64,000 nt of DNA from an uncultured Thermoleophilaceae bacterium (GCA_964597975.1 CAZRAA010000003.1:185-64184), one strand, 5' to 3'; shown: positions 17,058 through 26,604, numbered from the stretch's first letter. Made by a program: numbers and translations. Notes: generated by a model from the letters alone, not told the origin.

Positions 17058-17944
17058 TGGCGCCGCGGCTGCGCTCCCGGGCCGACGCGGCGCTTGAGCG
17101 CCATTTCCAGAGCGGTCGTCATTTCACGGCCGCCGGCGTTCAGAGTTTCGTCCTCGATCGCGGTGAAGGAGACCCGGTCGTGCTGATGCACGGCGTTCCG
17201 GCGTCTTCCTTTTTGTATCGAAAGGTCGCGCCGGCAATCGCAGAGCGGGGTCTGAGGGCGGTCTCCTTCGACCTGCCTGGCCTCGGCTTCGCGGATCGCC
17301 CAGAGGACTTTGATTACAGCTGGAGCGGACTCGGGCGCTTCGCCGCCAGCGCGGTCGATGCGCTTGAACTTGACCGATTCCACCTGGTGGTGCACGACAT
17401 CGGCGGGCCCGTCGGTTTTGAACTCGCCGTCGCGCACCCGGATCGCGTCAGATCGATCACGATCCTAAATACGTTGATCGACGTCGATGGCTTTCGAAAG
17501 CCGTGGGTGATGCGGCCGTTCGGCGTGCGCGGTCTTGGAGAGGCGTGGCTCGCGTCGATGAACGCCTATTCGATCGTGCCGCTGATGTGGGCGGTTGGCG
17601 TCTCTGGACCTTCGGCGGTTCCGAGCGCGGAGCTTGCCGCCTACGCGGTCCAGCTGAAAATCGGCGATCGAGGTCGCGCGTTCCTGAAGATCATGCGGGG
17701 GTTCGAGCCGACGAAGGAGAAGGCGCGACAATACTCGGCGGTTGTCGCCCGCGATGACCTTCCGATCGAGATTGTGTGGGGCGAGAAAGATCCAGCGCTC
17801 CCGGCCAGGCGATTTGGCGAGGCCGCACGCAAGCTCGCTCCAACCGCAAACTTCACGGCTGTCCCAGGGCGCCACTTTCTCCAAGAGGAATACCCGGTCG
17901 AGGTGGCTGAACGCGTCGCCGTCGCGGCTGAGCGCGCAGACTGA
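17057..17944 (+). CDS. Alpha/beta-fold hydrolase (haloalkane-dehalogenase/epoxide-hydrolase-like)
   Basis: VVLMHGVPASSFLYRKV (HG oxyanion motif), nucleophile elbow VVHDIGG, C-terminal GRHFLQEE (catalytic His). Confidence 0.85.
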   Translation: MAPRLRSRADAALERHFQSGRHFTAAGVQSFVLDRGEGDPVVLMHGVPASSFLYRKVAPAIAERGLRAVSFDLPGLGFADRPEDFDYSWSGLGRFAASAVDALELDRFHLVVHDIGGPVGFELAVAHPDRVRSITILNTLIDVDGFRKPWVMRPFGVRGLGEAWLASMNAYSIVPLMWAVGVSGPSAVPSAELAAYAVQLKIGDRGRAFLKIMRGFEPTKEKARQYSAVVARDDLPIEIVWGEKDPALPARRFGEAARKLAPTANFTAVPGRHFLQEEYPVEVAERVAVAAERAD

Positions 17945-17989
17945 CGCTGCGCACTCGCGTTCGGCGCCTGCGACCTGTAGTTTCGGGCG

Positions 17990-18382
17990 ATGCGGACACT
18001 CACTCGTTCATTTCTAACCGTGGCAATCTCGCTGATGCTCGCGCTGATCGTCGCCGAGCCGGCCGCCGCCAAGAATTGTCCGGATTTCACCGTTGGGGAA
18101 GCCAATAGCTCTTCCTACCCCGACGGAAAGCTGCCGGCCAAGAAGGTCAGTGCAAAGCACGTCAAGTGCAAGCGGGTGCGCGCTCTGGCCCGCGCCTTCC
18201 ACAAGGGAGACGTGAAGATTCCCGACGACGCCCGCGGCTATGGCGAGTGGGGCGATCGTTTCGAGATCAAGTACGGCGGTCTCAAGTGGCGCTGCAGGCT
18301 CTGGTGGATCGGTGGCTCCGGCCCGTCATACAAATTCCGCTGCTCGTACAACTCGCGCTCGGCCCGTTGGTCGGTCGGCTGA
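17990..18382 (+). CDS. Secreted hypothetical protein
   Basis: Signal peptide MRTLTRSFLTVAISLMLALIVAEPAAA. Four Cys; no known motif. Confidence 0.55.
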   Translation: MRTLTRSFLTVAISLMLALIVAEPAAAKNCPDFTVGEANSSSYPDGKLPAKKVSAKHVKCKRVRALARAFHKGDVKIPDDARGYGEWGDRFEIKYGGLKWRCRLWWIGGSGPSYKFRCSYNSRSARWSVG

Positions 18383-18416
18383 ACCGAGCGGTTCGCAAAC
18401 GCCTAGACTGCGCCCC

Positions 18417-19661
18417 ATGGACTTGCGAGACACGCCTGGGGAGGCGAAGCTCCGCGAAGAGATCCGTGGCTGGCTCGAGGCCAACCACCGGCCGGGCATC
18501 AGCCAAACAGAATGGTTCAAGGTGCTCGCCGACTCCGGCTGGGCGGCGCCGCTCTGGCCAGAGCAGTACGGCGGGCGAGGCGCGAGCCCGAGCGAAGCGA
18601 TCATCTTCAATCAGGAGCGCCAGAAGATCGGCGCAGATCCGCCGCCGCGCGGAATCGGCGTGCCGATGGCCGGTCCGACGATCATCACCCACGGCACGGA
18701 AGAGCAGAAGGCGCGCTTCCTCGGACCGATGCTGCGTGGCGAAGAGATCTGGTGTCAGCTTTTTTCCGAGCCGGGCGCCGGTAGCGATCTAGCCGCGATC
18801 TCGACGCGCGCCGAGCTCAAGGGCGACACTTGGCATGTCACGGGACAGAAGGTCTGGACGACGCACGCCCAACTAGCTCGCTGGGGCATCCTGATGGCGC
18901 GTCACGACCCCGGCCTGCCCAAGCACGCGGGCATCACGTATTTCATCTGCGACATGCAGGCGCCGGGGGTGGAGATCTTTCCGCTCAAAGAGATGACCGG
19001 CGAAGCGGTCTTCAACGAGGTCTTTCTCAGCGACGTAGAGATCCCCGACGATCTGCGCGTCGGCGCCGTCGGCGAGGGCTGGAAGGTCTCGATGACGACG
19101 CTTGCCAACGAGCGCATGGCGCTCGGTCTCGGGGGCCTTGGCGGCGCCGCGGAAGATGCGCCGATCGACCTTGAGGAAGCCGACGCCGAGTCTTCGCTTG
19201 AGACGATGGGCAAGTTCATCGCGCGCGGGCCACGCGCGCTGATCGAGCTGACCGAGCGCGCCGGTGTGATCGACGACCCACTCGTGCGCGACGAGCTTGC
19301 GCGTGTCTACACGATGTACGAGGTCAATCGCTTCACCGGCTACCGCGTCACGTCGGCGCTGATGAAGGGACAGAACCCCGGGGTCGAGGCCTCGACCGGA
19401 AAGCTTGCCTACAACCTGCTGGTGCGCGCCGTCGCCGACTACATGATCACGATCGCCGGAGTTGGCGCGCTTGGCGCCCCGGAGGACGACAAGCTGATCA
19501 AGGTGGCCGAGCGGCTCAATCTGGTGGTCCCGGCGACCTCGATCTACGGCGGCACGGATCAGATCCAGCGCAACATCATCAGTGAGCGCGTGCTGGGGAT
19601 GCCCAAGGAACCACGCACCGACGCCGAGCAGCCGTTTTCCGAGATCAAGAAGGGCGGCTGA
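18417..19661 (+). CDS. Acyl-CoA dehydrogenase family protein
   Basis: Start trimmed to ATG 18417 (MDLRDTPGEAKLREEIRGWL). ACAD middle and C-terminal domains present, e.g. IYGGTDQIQRNIISERVLGMP. Confidence 0.85.
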   Translation: MDLRDTPGEAKLREEIRGWLEANHRPGISQTEWFKVLADSGWAAPLWPEQYGGRGASPSEAIIFNQERQKIGADPPPRGIGVPMAGPTIITHGTEEQKARFLGPMLRGEEIWCQLFSEPGAGSDLAAISTRAELKGDTWHVTGQKVWTTHAQLARWGILMARHDPGLPKHAGITYFICDMQAPGVEIFPLKEMTGEAVFNEVFLSDVEIPDDLRVGAVGEGWKVSMTTLANERMALGLGGLGGAAEDAPIDLEEADAESSLETMGKFIARGPRALIELTERAGVIDDPLVRDELARVYTMYEVNRFTGYRVTSALMKGQNPGVEASTGKLAYNLLVRAVADYMITIAGVGALGAPEDDKLIKVAERLNLVVPATSIYGGTDQIQRNIISERVLGMPKEPRTDAEQPFSEIKKGG

Positions 19662-19662
19662 A

Positions 19663-20805
19663 TTGGACTTCTCGTTCAACGACACGCAGCGCGAGATCCA
19701 GGAGGGCGCCAAGCGGTTGCTTGAGGAGACCGCCGCGCTCGACCAGGTGGTTGCGCTGACCGAGACCGAGCGCGGCTGGGATCCGGACGCTTACAAGCAG
19801 ATCGCCGAACTGGGCTGGACCGGTCTGCACATTCCGGAGGAGCTAGGCGGCATCGGCCTGTCCTATGTCGAGCTGATCGTCGTGCTCGAGCAGATGGGTC
19901 AGGTGCTCTATCCCTCGCCGTTCTTCTCCAGCGTTTGCCTGGCCGCCAACGCGCTTGTCGAAGGCGCGTCGGCCGCGCCGCTCGCTGAGGAGAACTTGGC
20001 GTTGCTCGCTGGGATCGCGTCGGGCGAGCAGACCGCGACGCTGGCCTACACCGAACCCGGCGGCCGCTACCGCCCTTCGGATGTTCGGCTCCAGGCACGC
20101 CGCGACGGCGATGACTACCTGCTCTCGGGAACGAAAAACTATGTGGTCGACGGACACACCGCAGATGCGATCGTGACCGTCGCGCGAGACGGGGATGACG
20201 AAGGCAATGTCGTGCTCCTGACCGTGCCGGGAGACGCAGCCGGGCTACACCGCGAGCAGGCGCACGCGGTCGATCCGACGCGGCGCCTGGCAACGTTGCG
20301 CTTTGAAGACGTTCGCGTGCCGAGTTCGGCCGTGGTTGGAGACCCGGGGGATGGCATGGCCACCCTGCGGCCGACGATGCAGCTCGCTGCCGTCGCGCTC
20401 GCGGCCGAATCGCTCGGCGCGGCGCAGCACTGCTTTGACACAGCGCTCAGCTACACGAAGGATCGCTACCAGTTCGGGCGTCCGATCGCGTCATTCCAGG
20501 CTGTCAAGCACATCTGTGCTGACCTGCTGATGGCCGTAGAGGCGGCGCGCAGCGCGTCCTACTACGCCGGATGGGTCGCCGCCGAGCAGCGCGAGGAGCT
20601 CGCACAGGTGGCTCCGCTGGCCAAAGCGCAGGCGTCGGAGAGTTTTTGGGAGCTCGCCCGCGCGAACATCCAGCTCCACGGCGGAATCGGCTTTACGTAC
20701 GAGCACGAAGCGCACTACTACTACCGGCGCGCGACATCGTCGCGGGCTCTGCTGGGTGGCACAGCCGAGCATCGCGAGTTGCTGCTTCAGGCGCTGGGCG
20801 CCTGA
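19663..20805 (+). CDS. Acyl-CoA dehydrogenase family protein (likely partner subunit of the upstream ACAD)
   Basis: TTG start at 19663, 1 nt after the upstream stop (LDFSFNDTQREIQEGAKRLLEE). ACAD C-terminal pattern QLHGGIGFTYEHEAHYYYRRA. Confidence 0.85.
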   Translation: MDFSFNDTQREIQEGAKRLLEETAALDQVVALTETERGWDPDAYKQIAELGWTGLHIPEELGGIGLSYVELIVVLEQMGQVLYPSPFFSSVCLAANALVEGASAAPLAEENLALLAGIASGEQTATLAYTEPGGRYRPSDVRLQARRDGDDYLLSGTKNYVVDGHTADAIVTVARDGDDEGNVVLLTVPGDAAGLHREQAHAVDPTRRLATLRFEDVRVPSSAVVGDPGDGMATLRPTMQLAAVALAAESLGAAQHCFDTALSYTKDRYQFGRPIASFQAVKHICADLLMAVEAARSASYYAGWVAAEQREELAQVAPLAKAQASESFWELARANIQLHGGIGFTYEHEAHYYYRRATSSRALLGGTAEHRELLLQALGA

Positions 20806-20808
20806 AGC

Positions 20809-23800
20809 TCACCGCACGATGCGGAAGCTCCGCCCGACCACGCTCGGCTCGGCGTCGCCGACAATCATCCGGACGCGGTAGCGGCCAGGGGTCAACGCCC
20901 GTCCGCGCGCCCTTCCGGTGATGTAGATCGTCGAACGACCGCCCGGCAACTCGAATCTTTGCCAGTTCGACACCCGCGATGAGCTGTGACCGCGGCTCAG
21001 GCGTTCGATGCTCAAGCGCACGACCCCGCGGGACCCGAGCGTGACATCGAACTTAGCGGCAGAGCGCTGCTTGCTCTTGGAGAACACCGAGCCCCTGCGT
21101 AGCGGCCGCAACCGACCTGGGGTGAGTCCCGTGATCGCGGCGGCTGCTGCATCGACACGATCGCCTGACTCGGAGTAGTTGACGATCAGCGCGTCGGCAC
21201 CAACGCTGCCGTATGCGTCGGTGCACCGCACCTCGATTGCGTTGACTCCAGGCGCGAGCGCGACGATGACGCCGGAGGTGGAGCCGGTTGGCGCACCGTC
21301 CACGCTGCAGCCGGTGCCGGCGGGAATCGCTGCCGAACCATCAACAAGGAAGCTGACCGCCACGGACGGCAGTTCGCTCACAGTGCCGCTCGCGGGGGAG
21401 ACAATCGCCACCGTAGGAGCCGGCACTCGCGTGACGGATACCGATTCTGTGCTCTTGCCGAACTCGTTTGCGCAGGCGACCGTGATTGGGTTGGCCCCTG
21501 GCGAAAGCGCCACTTCGATGTCATCCGTGGCCGAAGCGGGTACGCCGTCGACGCCGCAGGTCGTGCCGAGGGGAATTGTCGTTGAACCGTCGACCGAGAA
21601 GCTGATCGACGCCATCGCCAGCGAAGTGGTCGAGTTGTCTTCCGGAGCGGTGATCGCGAGGAGCGGCGCGCTTCCGCGCTCCACGGTTATCGCAGCGGAG
21701 TCGGCGCCGAATGTATTGGTGCAGTTGACCATTATTGGGTTGCTGCCCGACTCGAGTGCGACGTTGTTCGCACTTGCTCCAGGCGAAGGCGCGCCGTTGA
21801 CGGTGCAGCTGGTGCCGATCGGAATCGCCGATCCGCCGTCAACGGTGTAGTTGATGTCGATCGACTCTGCGACGGTCTTCAGACCATCGACTGGAGTCAC
21901 GATCGCCACGTTTGGCGGTGACCCGCGTTCAACGTTCACCGTCATCGCGCCGGTGCCGAACGCATTCGCGCAACTGACCGTCAATTGATTGACACCGAAA
22001 CTCAAAGAAACGACGTTGGCTGTCGTGCTCGTCGAAGGACTTCCGGCCACGCTGCAGCTGGTGCCGTCGGGGATCGCCGCCGAGTCGCCCACCGTGTAGG
22101 CGACGTTTATCGACGCGGCGGTGGTGACCCCGCTGCCTCCTGGCGCAACGATCGTCACGACTGGACTATTGCCGCGATTGACCACCACGCTCGCCGGGGA
22201 TCCCGCGCCGAAGGCATTCGAGCAGCCGACGGTGATCGTGTTGGCACCGACATTCAGACTGACCGCGTTGGTTGTCGCGCTCGACGTGCCGGTGCCATTC
22301 ACCGTACAGCTCGTGCCTGCCGGGATCGTGGCGCCACCGTCAACGGTGAAAGCGGCGTTGGTACTGCTTGCGGTCGTGTTCGTGTTGCTCACGGGCGACG
22401 CGACCGCAACCACCGGGACTGCGCCGCGGTTGACGTTGACCACAGCAGCCAAGCCAGGGCCGAAAGCGTTGGTGCACGCGACAACGATGGCGTTTGCGCC
22501 GCTGTTCAGTCCGACCGAGTTGACCGCTGTATTCGTCGAGCTTGCGCCATTGACTGTGCAGGTCGTCCCTGCCGGAATTGAGCTTCCGCCGCCCACGGAG
22601 TAGCTGACGTTGGTCGAGGAAGCGGTCGTGTTCGTATCGGCGGCCGGCGAGGTGATGGCGACCACCGGGACGGCGCCTCGGTTCACCGTGACCGACGCGG
22701 GAGTACTCGCGCCGAACGCGTTGGTGCAGGTGACGGTGATCGTGTTGGCGCCGCTGTTCAGGCTGACCGAGTTGACGGTTGTGCTCGTCGAGCTTGCGCC
22801 ATTGATCGTGCAGGCGGTTCCTGCCGGGATCGAACTTCCGCCGCCCACCGCGTAGGTCACGTCTATAGAAGCGGCCGTGGTGTTTGTGCCGTCGGCCGGC
22901 GCCGTGATCGCGACCGTCGGCACACTGCCTCGGTTGACCGTGATCGGCCCCGCAGCGCCGCTGCCGAATGCGCTCACGCAAGCCACCGAGATCGAGTTGG
23001 CGCCGCTGATCAGGCTGACCGAGTTGGTCGCGCCGGACGTTGAAGTGCCGCCGGCCACCGTGCAGACCGTGCCTGCCGGGATCGCGGTGGATCCGTCGAC
23101 CGTGTAGGCGACATTGATCGAACTTGCGGTGGTGTTCGAGTTGTTTGCTGGAGATGTCAGCACCACGGTCGGCGCGGTGCCTCGGTTGACAGTGACCGAT
23201 TTGCTGTCACTCCCGAACGCGTTGCTGCAGCTGACTGTGATCGTGTTGGCGCCGTTAGTGAGGCTCACCGAGTTGGATCCCGTGCTGGTCGAGTTCGCGC
23301 CATTGACGGTGCAGGTTGTGCCCGCAGGGATCGAACTTCCGCCGCCCACGGTGTAGGTGGTGTTGACCGAAGCGGCCGTGGTGTTTGTGCCGTCAGCCGG
23401 AGCGACGATCACGACTGCGGGGCCGTTGCCGTAGTTCACGTTCACGGCGCTACTACCGGGGCCATAGGCGTTGGTGCAAACGACGGTGATCGGATTGGCA
23501 CCGGGTGTGAGCGCAACAGAGTTGGCAGACGTGCTGGTCGAGTTTGCGCCGTTGACAGTGCAGGTCGTTCCCGCCGGGATCGAGCTTCCGCCGCCCACTG
23601 TGTAAGTCACATTGACGGGTGTCGCCGCGCTGTTCGTGTTGTTGGCCGGCGACGTGATTGCTACAGCCGGCACCGAACCGCGATTGACCGTGATGGCGCT
23701 CGAACCGCTGCCGAAGGCGTTGGAACAGGCAACAGTGATCGTGTTCTGACCGTTGGCCAAGCTGACCGAGTTGGACCCCGTGCTGGTCGATCCCGCGCCG

Positions 23801-26604
23801 CCTACGGTGCAGGTGGTGCCGATCGCTATCGACGAAGAGCCGTTCACGGAGTACGAAACGTTGATCGTCGAGAAGGTGGTGTTGGCGCCGTCGATTGGCG
23901 AAGTGATTGCCACCACAGGCACGCTGCCGCGGTTCACAGTGATCGATGCGGGGGCACTCGCACCGAAGGCATTGCTGCAGTTCACAGTGATCGTGTTGGC
24001 GCCGCTTGTCAGGCCGATCGAGTTGGCCCCCGTGCTGGTCGAGCTCGCGCCATTGACCGTGCAGGTGGTTCCTGCCGGGATCGTGTCCCCGCCGCCCACC
24101 GAGTAGGCGACGTTCGTCGCCTCACTGGTCGTGTTGCTGTTGTTGGCGGGAGCGGTGATCGCGACGACCGGCGCGTCCCCGCGGTTGACGGTCACGGCTT
24201 TGCTGTCGTTGCCATAGGTGTTCGAACACGCGACGGTGATCGTGTTGGCGCCGACGCTCAGGCCGACGGAGTTGGTCGTCGCACTCGCGGTACCAGCGCC
24301 GCCAACCGTGCAGGTCGTGCCTGGGTTGATCGCGCTACCGCCGTTGACGGTGAACGCAACGTTGGTGGTGGCGGAGGTCGTGTTTGAGTTGTTCGCCGGC
24401 GCGCTGATCGCAACCACCGGGGCGACTCCGTAGTTGACGGTGACGGATTTCGTTGCCGGACCGAATGCATTGGCGCAGGCCACGGTGATTGTGTTGGCGC
24501 CGCTGGTCAGGTTGACCGAGTTGGCCGCAGTGCTGGTCGAGTTTGCGCCATTGACGGTGCAGGCGGTTCCTGCTGGGATCGAGCTTCCGCCACCCACCGT
24601 GTAAGAGACGTTGACCGAGCCGCTCGTCGTGTTCAGGCCGCTTGAGGGCGAAGTGATTGCCACCGTCGGCACAGCACCTAGGTTGACCGTGACCGATGCG
24701 CTGGCCGAGCCGAAGGCGTTGCTGCAGGCAACCGTCAGGGTGTTGGCGCCGGACGCCAAGGTCACGGGGTTGGTCGACGTGCTCGTGGTGGCCCCTCCGC
24801 CAACGGTGCACGTGGTGCCTGCCGGGATCGATCCGTCGCCGTTCACCGTGAAGCTGACGTTGGCCGATGCGCTCGTCGTGTTGCTGTTGTTCGCCGGCGC
24901 GCTGATATTGACGATCGGCGCAGAGCCGCGATTCACATTGATGGCGCTTGAACTACTGCCGAACAAGTTGGAGCACGAAACGGTGATCGAGTTTGCGCCG
25001 CTGGCCAGGCTGACAGAGTTGACCCCGGTGCTGGTCGAGCTTGCGCCGCCCACGGTGCAGGTGGTTCCTGCCGGGATCGTGGCACCACCGCTCACCGTGT
25101 AGGCGACGTTGATCGAGCTGGCGGTCGTGTTGGTGTTGTTCGCAGGTGATGAAATGGCGACCACCGGAGGCGTCCCGCGGTACACGGTGACCGAGGATGC
25201 GGCAGCGCGGCCGACCGAGTCGGTGCAGGAGACGGTGAGCGTGTTCGCGCCGGTGCTGAGGGCGATCGTCGACCCGCTGGCGGGCGTGCAGTTCGGACTG
25301 CCGACATCATCGGTCGCCGTGTAATTGAGCTGGGTCGTGGACTGCGTGGTTCCGGAGCCGTTGGCCGGAGATGAGATTGCGATGGTCGGCGGCGCGGCGT
25401 CACGCCAAACGGTGATGCTGTCCGAACCGGCATTGCCCGCATGGTCGAAACAGGTGACGACGACCGTGTTTGCACCGGGGCTCAGCGCAACGCTGGCTCC
25501 GCTCGCAAGCGTGCAGCTCGCAAGTCCGACGTTGTCCGTCGCTGAGTAGTTGACTGCAATCGTCGCGCTGGTCGTGACGAGCCCGGAGGCGGGCGACGAG
25601 ATCGAAACCACTGGGGCGGCGGGGACCGCGCCGGTATCGAACCCGAAACTGTGAATCGCATCGACGATCGCGTTGGCGGTCACACTCGCGCCGAGCGGCG
25701 TGTTGTGCAGCGCTATGCCGGGGTACTGGAGACCCTGCTGGTACGTATGCGGGTTCATCCAGCGGGCACTCCAGCTCGTCTCGCAGGCAGTATGCGCGGT
25801 GCCAGAGATCCCCTGCATGTCGACGAACTTCGCGTAGTTGCCGCCAACGGAGGCGTTGAAGGCATTCACATCCTCGATCATCGCCTGCCGCACGCCCTCT
25901 TCCCAGGTTGCGTAGAGCGGCGCATCGGCTGCGGTCAGCCAGAACTCGCTGCTAAAGCACTGCGAACCGGAGGGCTCAGCGATTCGCGGCGTGCCCATCA
26001 GGAGAATCTTCGCGTTCGGCGAGATCTGGTGAATTCGGGTGAGCGCGGACGCGATCTTTGTCTTTGAGATCGCGACGTAGCTGGGAATCTGATTGACCCC
26101 GTTGACCAGATAAGTGTCGCTGCAGTGGTTGGGGATCGGCCAGGGCGCCTGTTGCGGGAAGTCGCGGTTGTGGAAGAACGCGTCGATCGCCGGCTGATAG
26201 CCAGTGCAGTCGTAGGCGATCTTGCCGAAAAACGCCTCGTTGCTGCCCGAGCCCACGATCACGATGTCTTCGCTGCCGTTGAGCGAGTTGTACTGCGGCG
26301 GGATCGCAGCGCCGCTGGGACCGGTCCAGCCATACTGGAAGTTATCTGCGGTCGTGCCGTTGCAGGTTGCGTTCTTCCACGTGCCGTGCGCGACCCGCGC
26401 CATCGCGAGTTCCGGATAGCCGCCCGTCGACTGGCCGCAATCGGCGATTGACCCGGGAACCTGCGGACCGAGCCACTGGCCCGAGGCAAGTGAATCACCC
26501 ATAGCGACGACGCGCCCGAGCGGGGCGGCGGAGGCCGTCGCAGAGAGCGACAGCAGCGCCGCCAGCAGGGCGGCCAGAAATGCGGTCCTTATATGAGTGT
26601 GCAT
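20809..26604 (-). CDS. Giant secreted protein (1931 aa): signal peptide + SEST-like SGNH/GDSL hydrolase + 18 tandem Cys-pair Ig-like repeats + conserved C-terminal module
   Basis: Signal MHTHIRTAFLAALLAALLSLSATASA. SGNH block I VVAMGDSLASG, block III GSGSNEAFF, block V GIALHNTPLGA. 18 repeats of ~82 aa (aa ~331-1812). 119-aa tail ending GRYRVRMIVGDAEPSVVGRSFRIVR. Confidence 0.9.
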   Translation of the reverse strand: MHTHIRTAFLAALLAALLSLSATASAAPLGRVVAMGDSLASGQWLGPQVPGSIADCGQSTGGYPELAMARVAHGTWKNATCNGTTADNFQYGWTGPSGAAIPPQYNSLNGSEDIVIVGSGSNEAFFGKIAYDCTGYQPAIDAFFHNRDFPQQAPWPIPNHCSDTYLVNGVNQIPSYVAISKTKIASALTRIHQISPNAKILLMGTPRIAEPSGSQCFSSEFWLTAADAPLYATWEEGVRQAMIEDVNAFNASVGGNYAKFVDMQGISGTAHTACETSWSARWMNPHTYQQGLQYPGIALHNTPLGASVTANAIVDAIHSFGFDTGAVPAAPVVSISSPASGLVTTSATIAVNYSATDNVGLASCTLASGASVALSPGANTVVVTCFDHAGNAGSDSITVWRDAAPPTIAISSPANGSGTTQSTTQLNYTATDDVGSPNCTPASGSTIALSTGANTLTVSCTDSVGRAAASSVTVYRGTPPVVAISSPANNTNTTASSINVAYTVSGGATIPAGTTCTVGGASSTSTGVNSVSLASGANSITVSCSNLFGSSSSAINVNRGSAPIVNISAPANNSNTTSASANVSFTVNGDGSIPAGTTCTVGGGATTSTSTNPVTLASGANTLTVACSNAFGSASASVTVNLGAVPTVAITSPSSGLNTTSGSVNVSYTVGGGSSIPAGTACTVNGANSTSTAANSVNLTSGANTITVACANAFGPATKSVTVNYGVAPVVAISAPANNSNTTSATTNVAFTVNGGSAINPGTTCTVGGAGTASATTNSVGLSVGANTITVACSNTYGNDSKAVTVNRGDAPVVAITAPANNSNTTSEATNVAYSVGGGDTIPAGTTCTVNGASSTSTGANSIGLTSGANTITVNCSNAFGASAPASITVNRGSVPVVAITSPIDGANTTFSTINVSYSVNGSSSIAIGTTCTVGGAGSTSTGSNSVSLANGQNTITVACSNAFGSGSSAITVNRGSVPAVAITSPANNTNSAATPVNVTYTVGGGSSIPAGTTCTVNGANSTSTSANSVALTPGANPITVVCTNAYGPGSSAVNVNYGNGPAVVIVAPADGTNTTAASVNTTYTVGGGSSIPAGTTCTVNGANSTSTGSNSVSLTNGANTITVSCSNAFGSDSKSVTVNRGTAPTVVLTSPANNSNTTASSINVAYTVDGSTAIPAGTVCTVAGGTSTSGATNSVSLISGANSISVACVSAFGSGAAGPITVNRGSVPTVAITAPADGTNTTAASIDVTYAVGGGSSIPAGTACTINGASSTSTTVNSVSLNSGANTITVTCTNAFGASTPASVTVNRGAVPVVAITSPAADTNTTASSTNVSYSVGGGSSIPAGTTCTVNGASSTNTAVNSVGLNSGANAIVVACTNAFGPGLAAVVNVNRGAVPVVAVASPVSNTNTTASSTNAAFTVDGGATIPAGTSCTVNGTGTSSATTNAVSLNVGANTITVGCSNAFGAGSPASVVVNRGNSPVVTIVAPGGSGVTTAASINVAYTVGDSAAIPDGTSCSVAGSPSTSTTANVVSLSFGVNQLTVSCANAFGTGAMTVNVERGSPPNVAIVTPVDGLKTVAESIDINYTVDGGSAIPIGTSCTVNGAPSPGASANNVALESGSNPIMVNCTNTFGADSAAITVERGSAPLLAITAPEDNSTTSLAMASISFSVDGSTTIPLGTTCGVDGVPASATDDIEVALSPGANPITVACANEFGKSTESVSVTRVPAPTVAIVSPASGTVSELPSVAVSFLVDGSAAIPAGTGCSVDGAPTGSTSGVIVALAPGVNAIEVRCTDAYGSVGADALIVNYSESGDRVDAAAAAITGLTPGRLRPLRRGSVFSKSKQRSAAKFDVTLGSRGVVRLSIERLSRGHSSSRVSNWQRFELPGGRSTIYITGRARGRALTPGRYRVRMIVGDAEPSVVGRSFRIVR
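21169..25614 (-). repeat. Coding tandem repeat array, 18 units of ~246-252 bp
   Basis: I aligned the units by eye. Consensus: (A/V)P.VAI(T/S)(A/S)PA..(S/T)NTT(A/S)S..NV.(Y/F)(T/S)V.GG..IPAGT.C(T/S)V.G..(S/T)(S/T)...N.V.L..GAN.I.V.C.NAFG......V.VNRG. The DNA motif GATCGTGTTGGCGCCG recurs every ~250 bp (e.g. near 22740, 23240, 23990, 24240, 24490). Confidence 0.9.
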
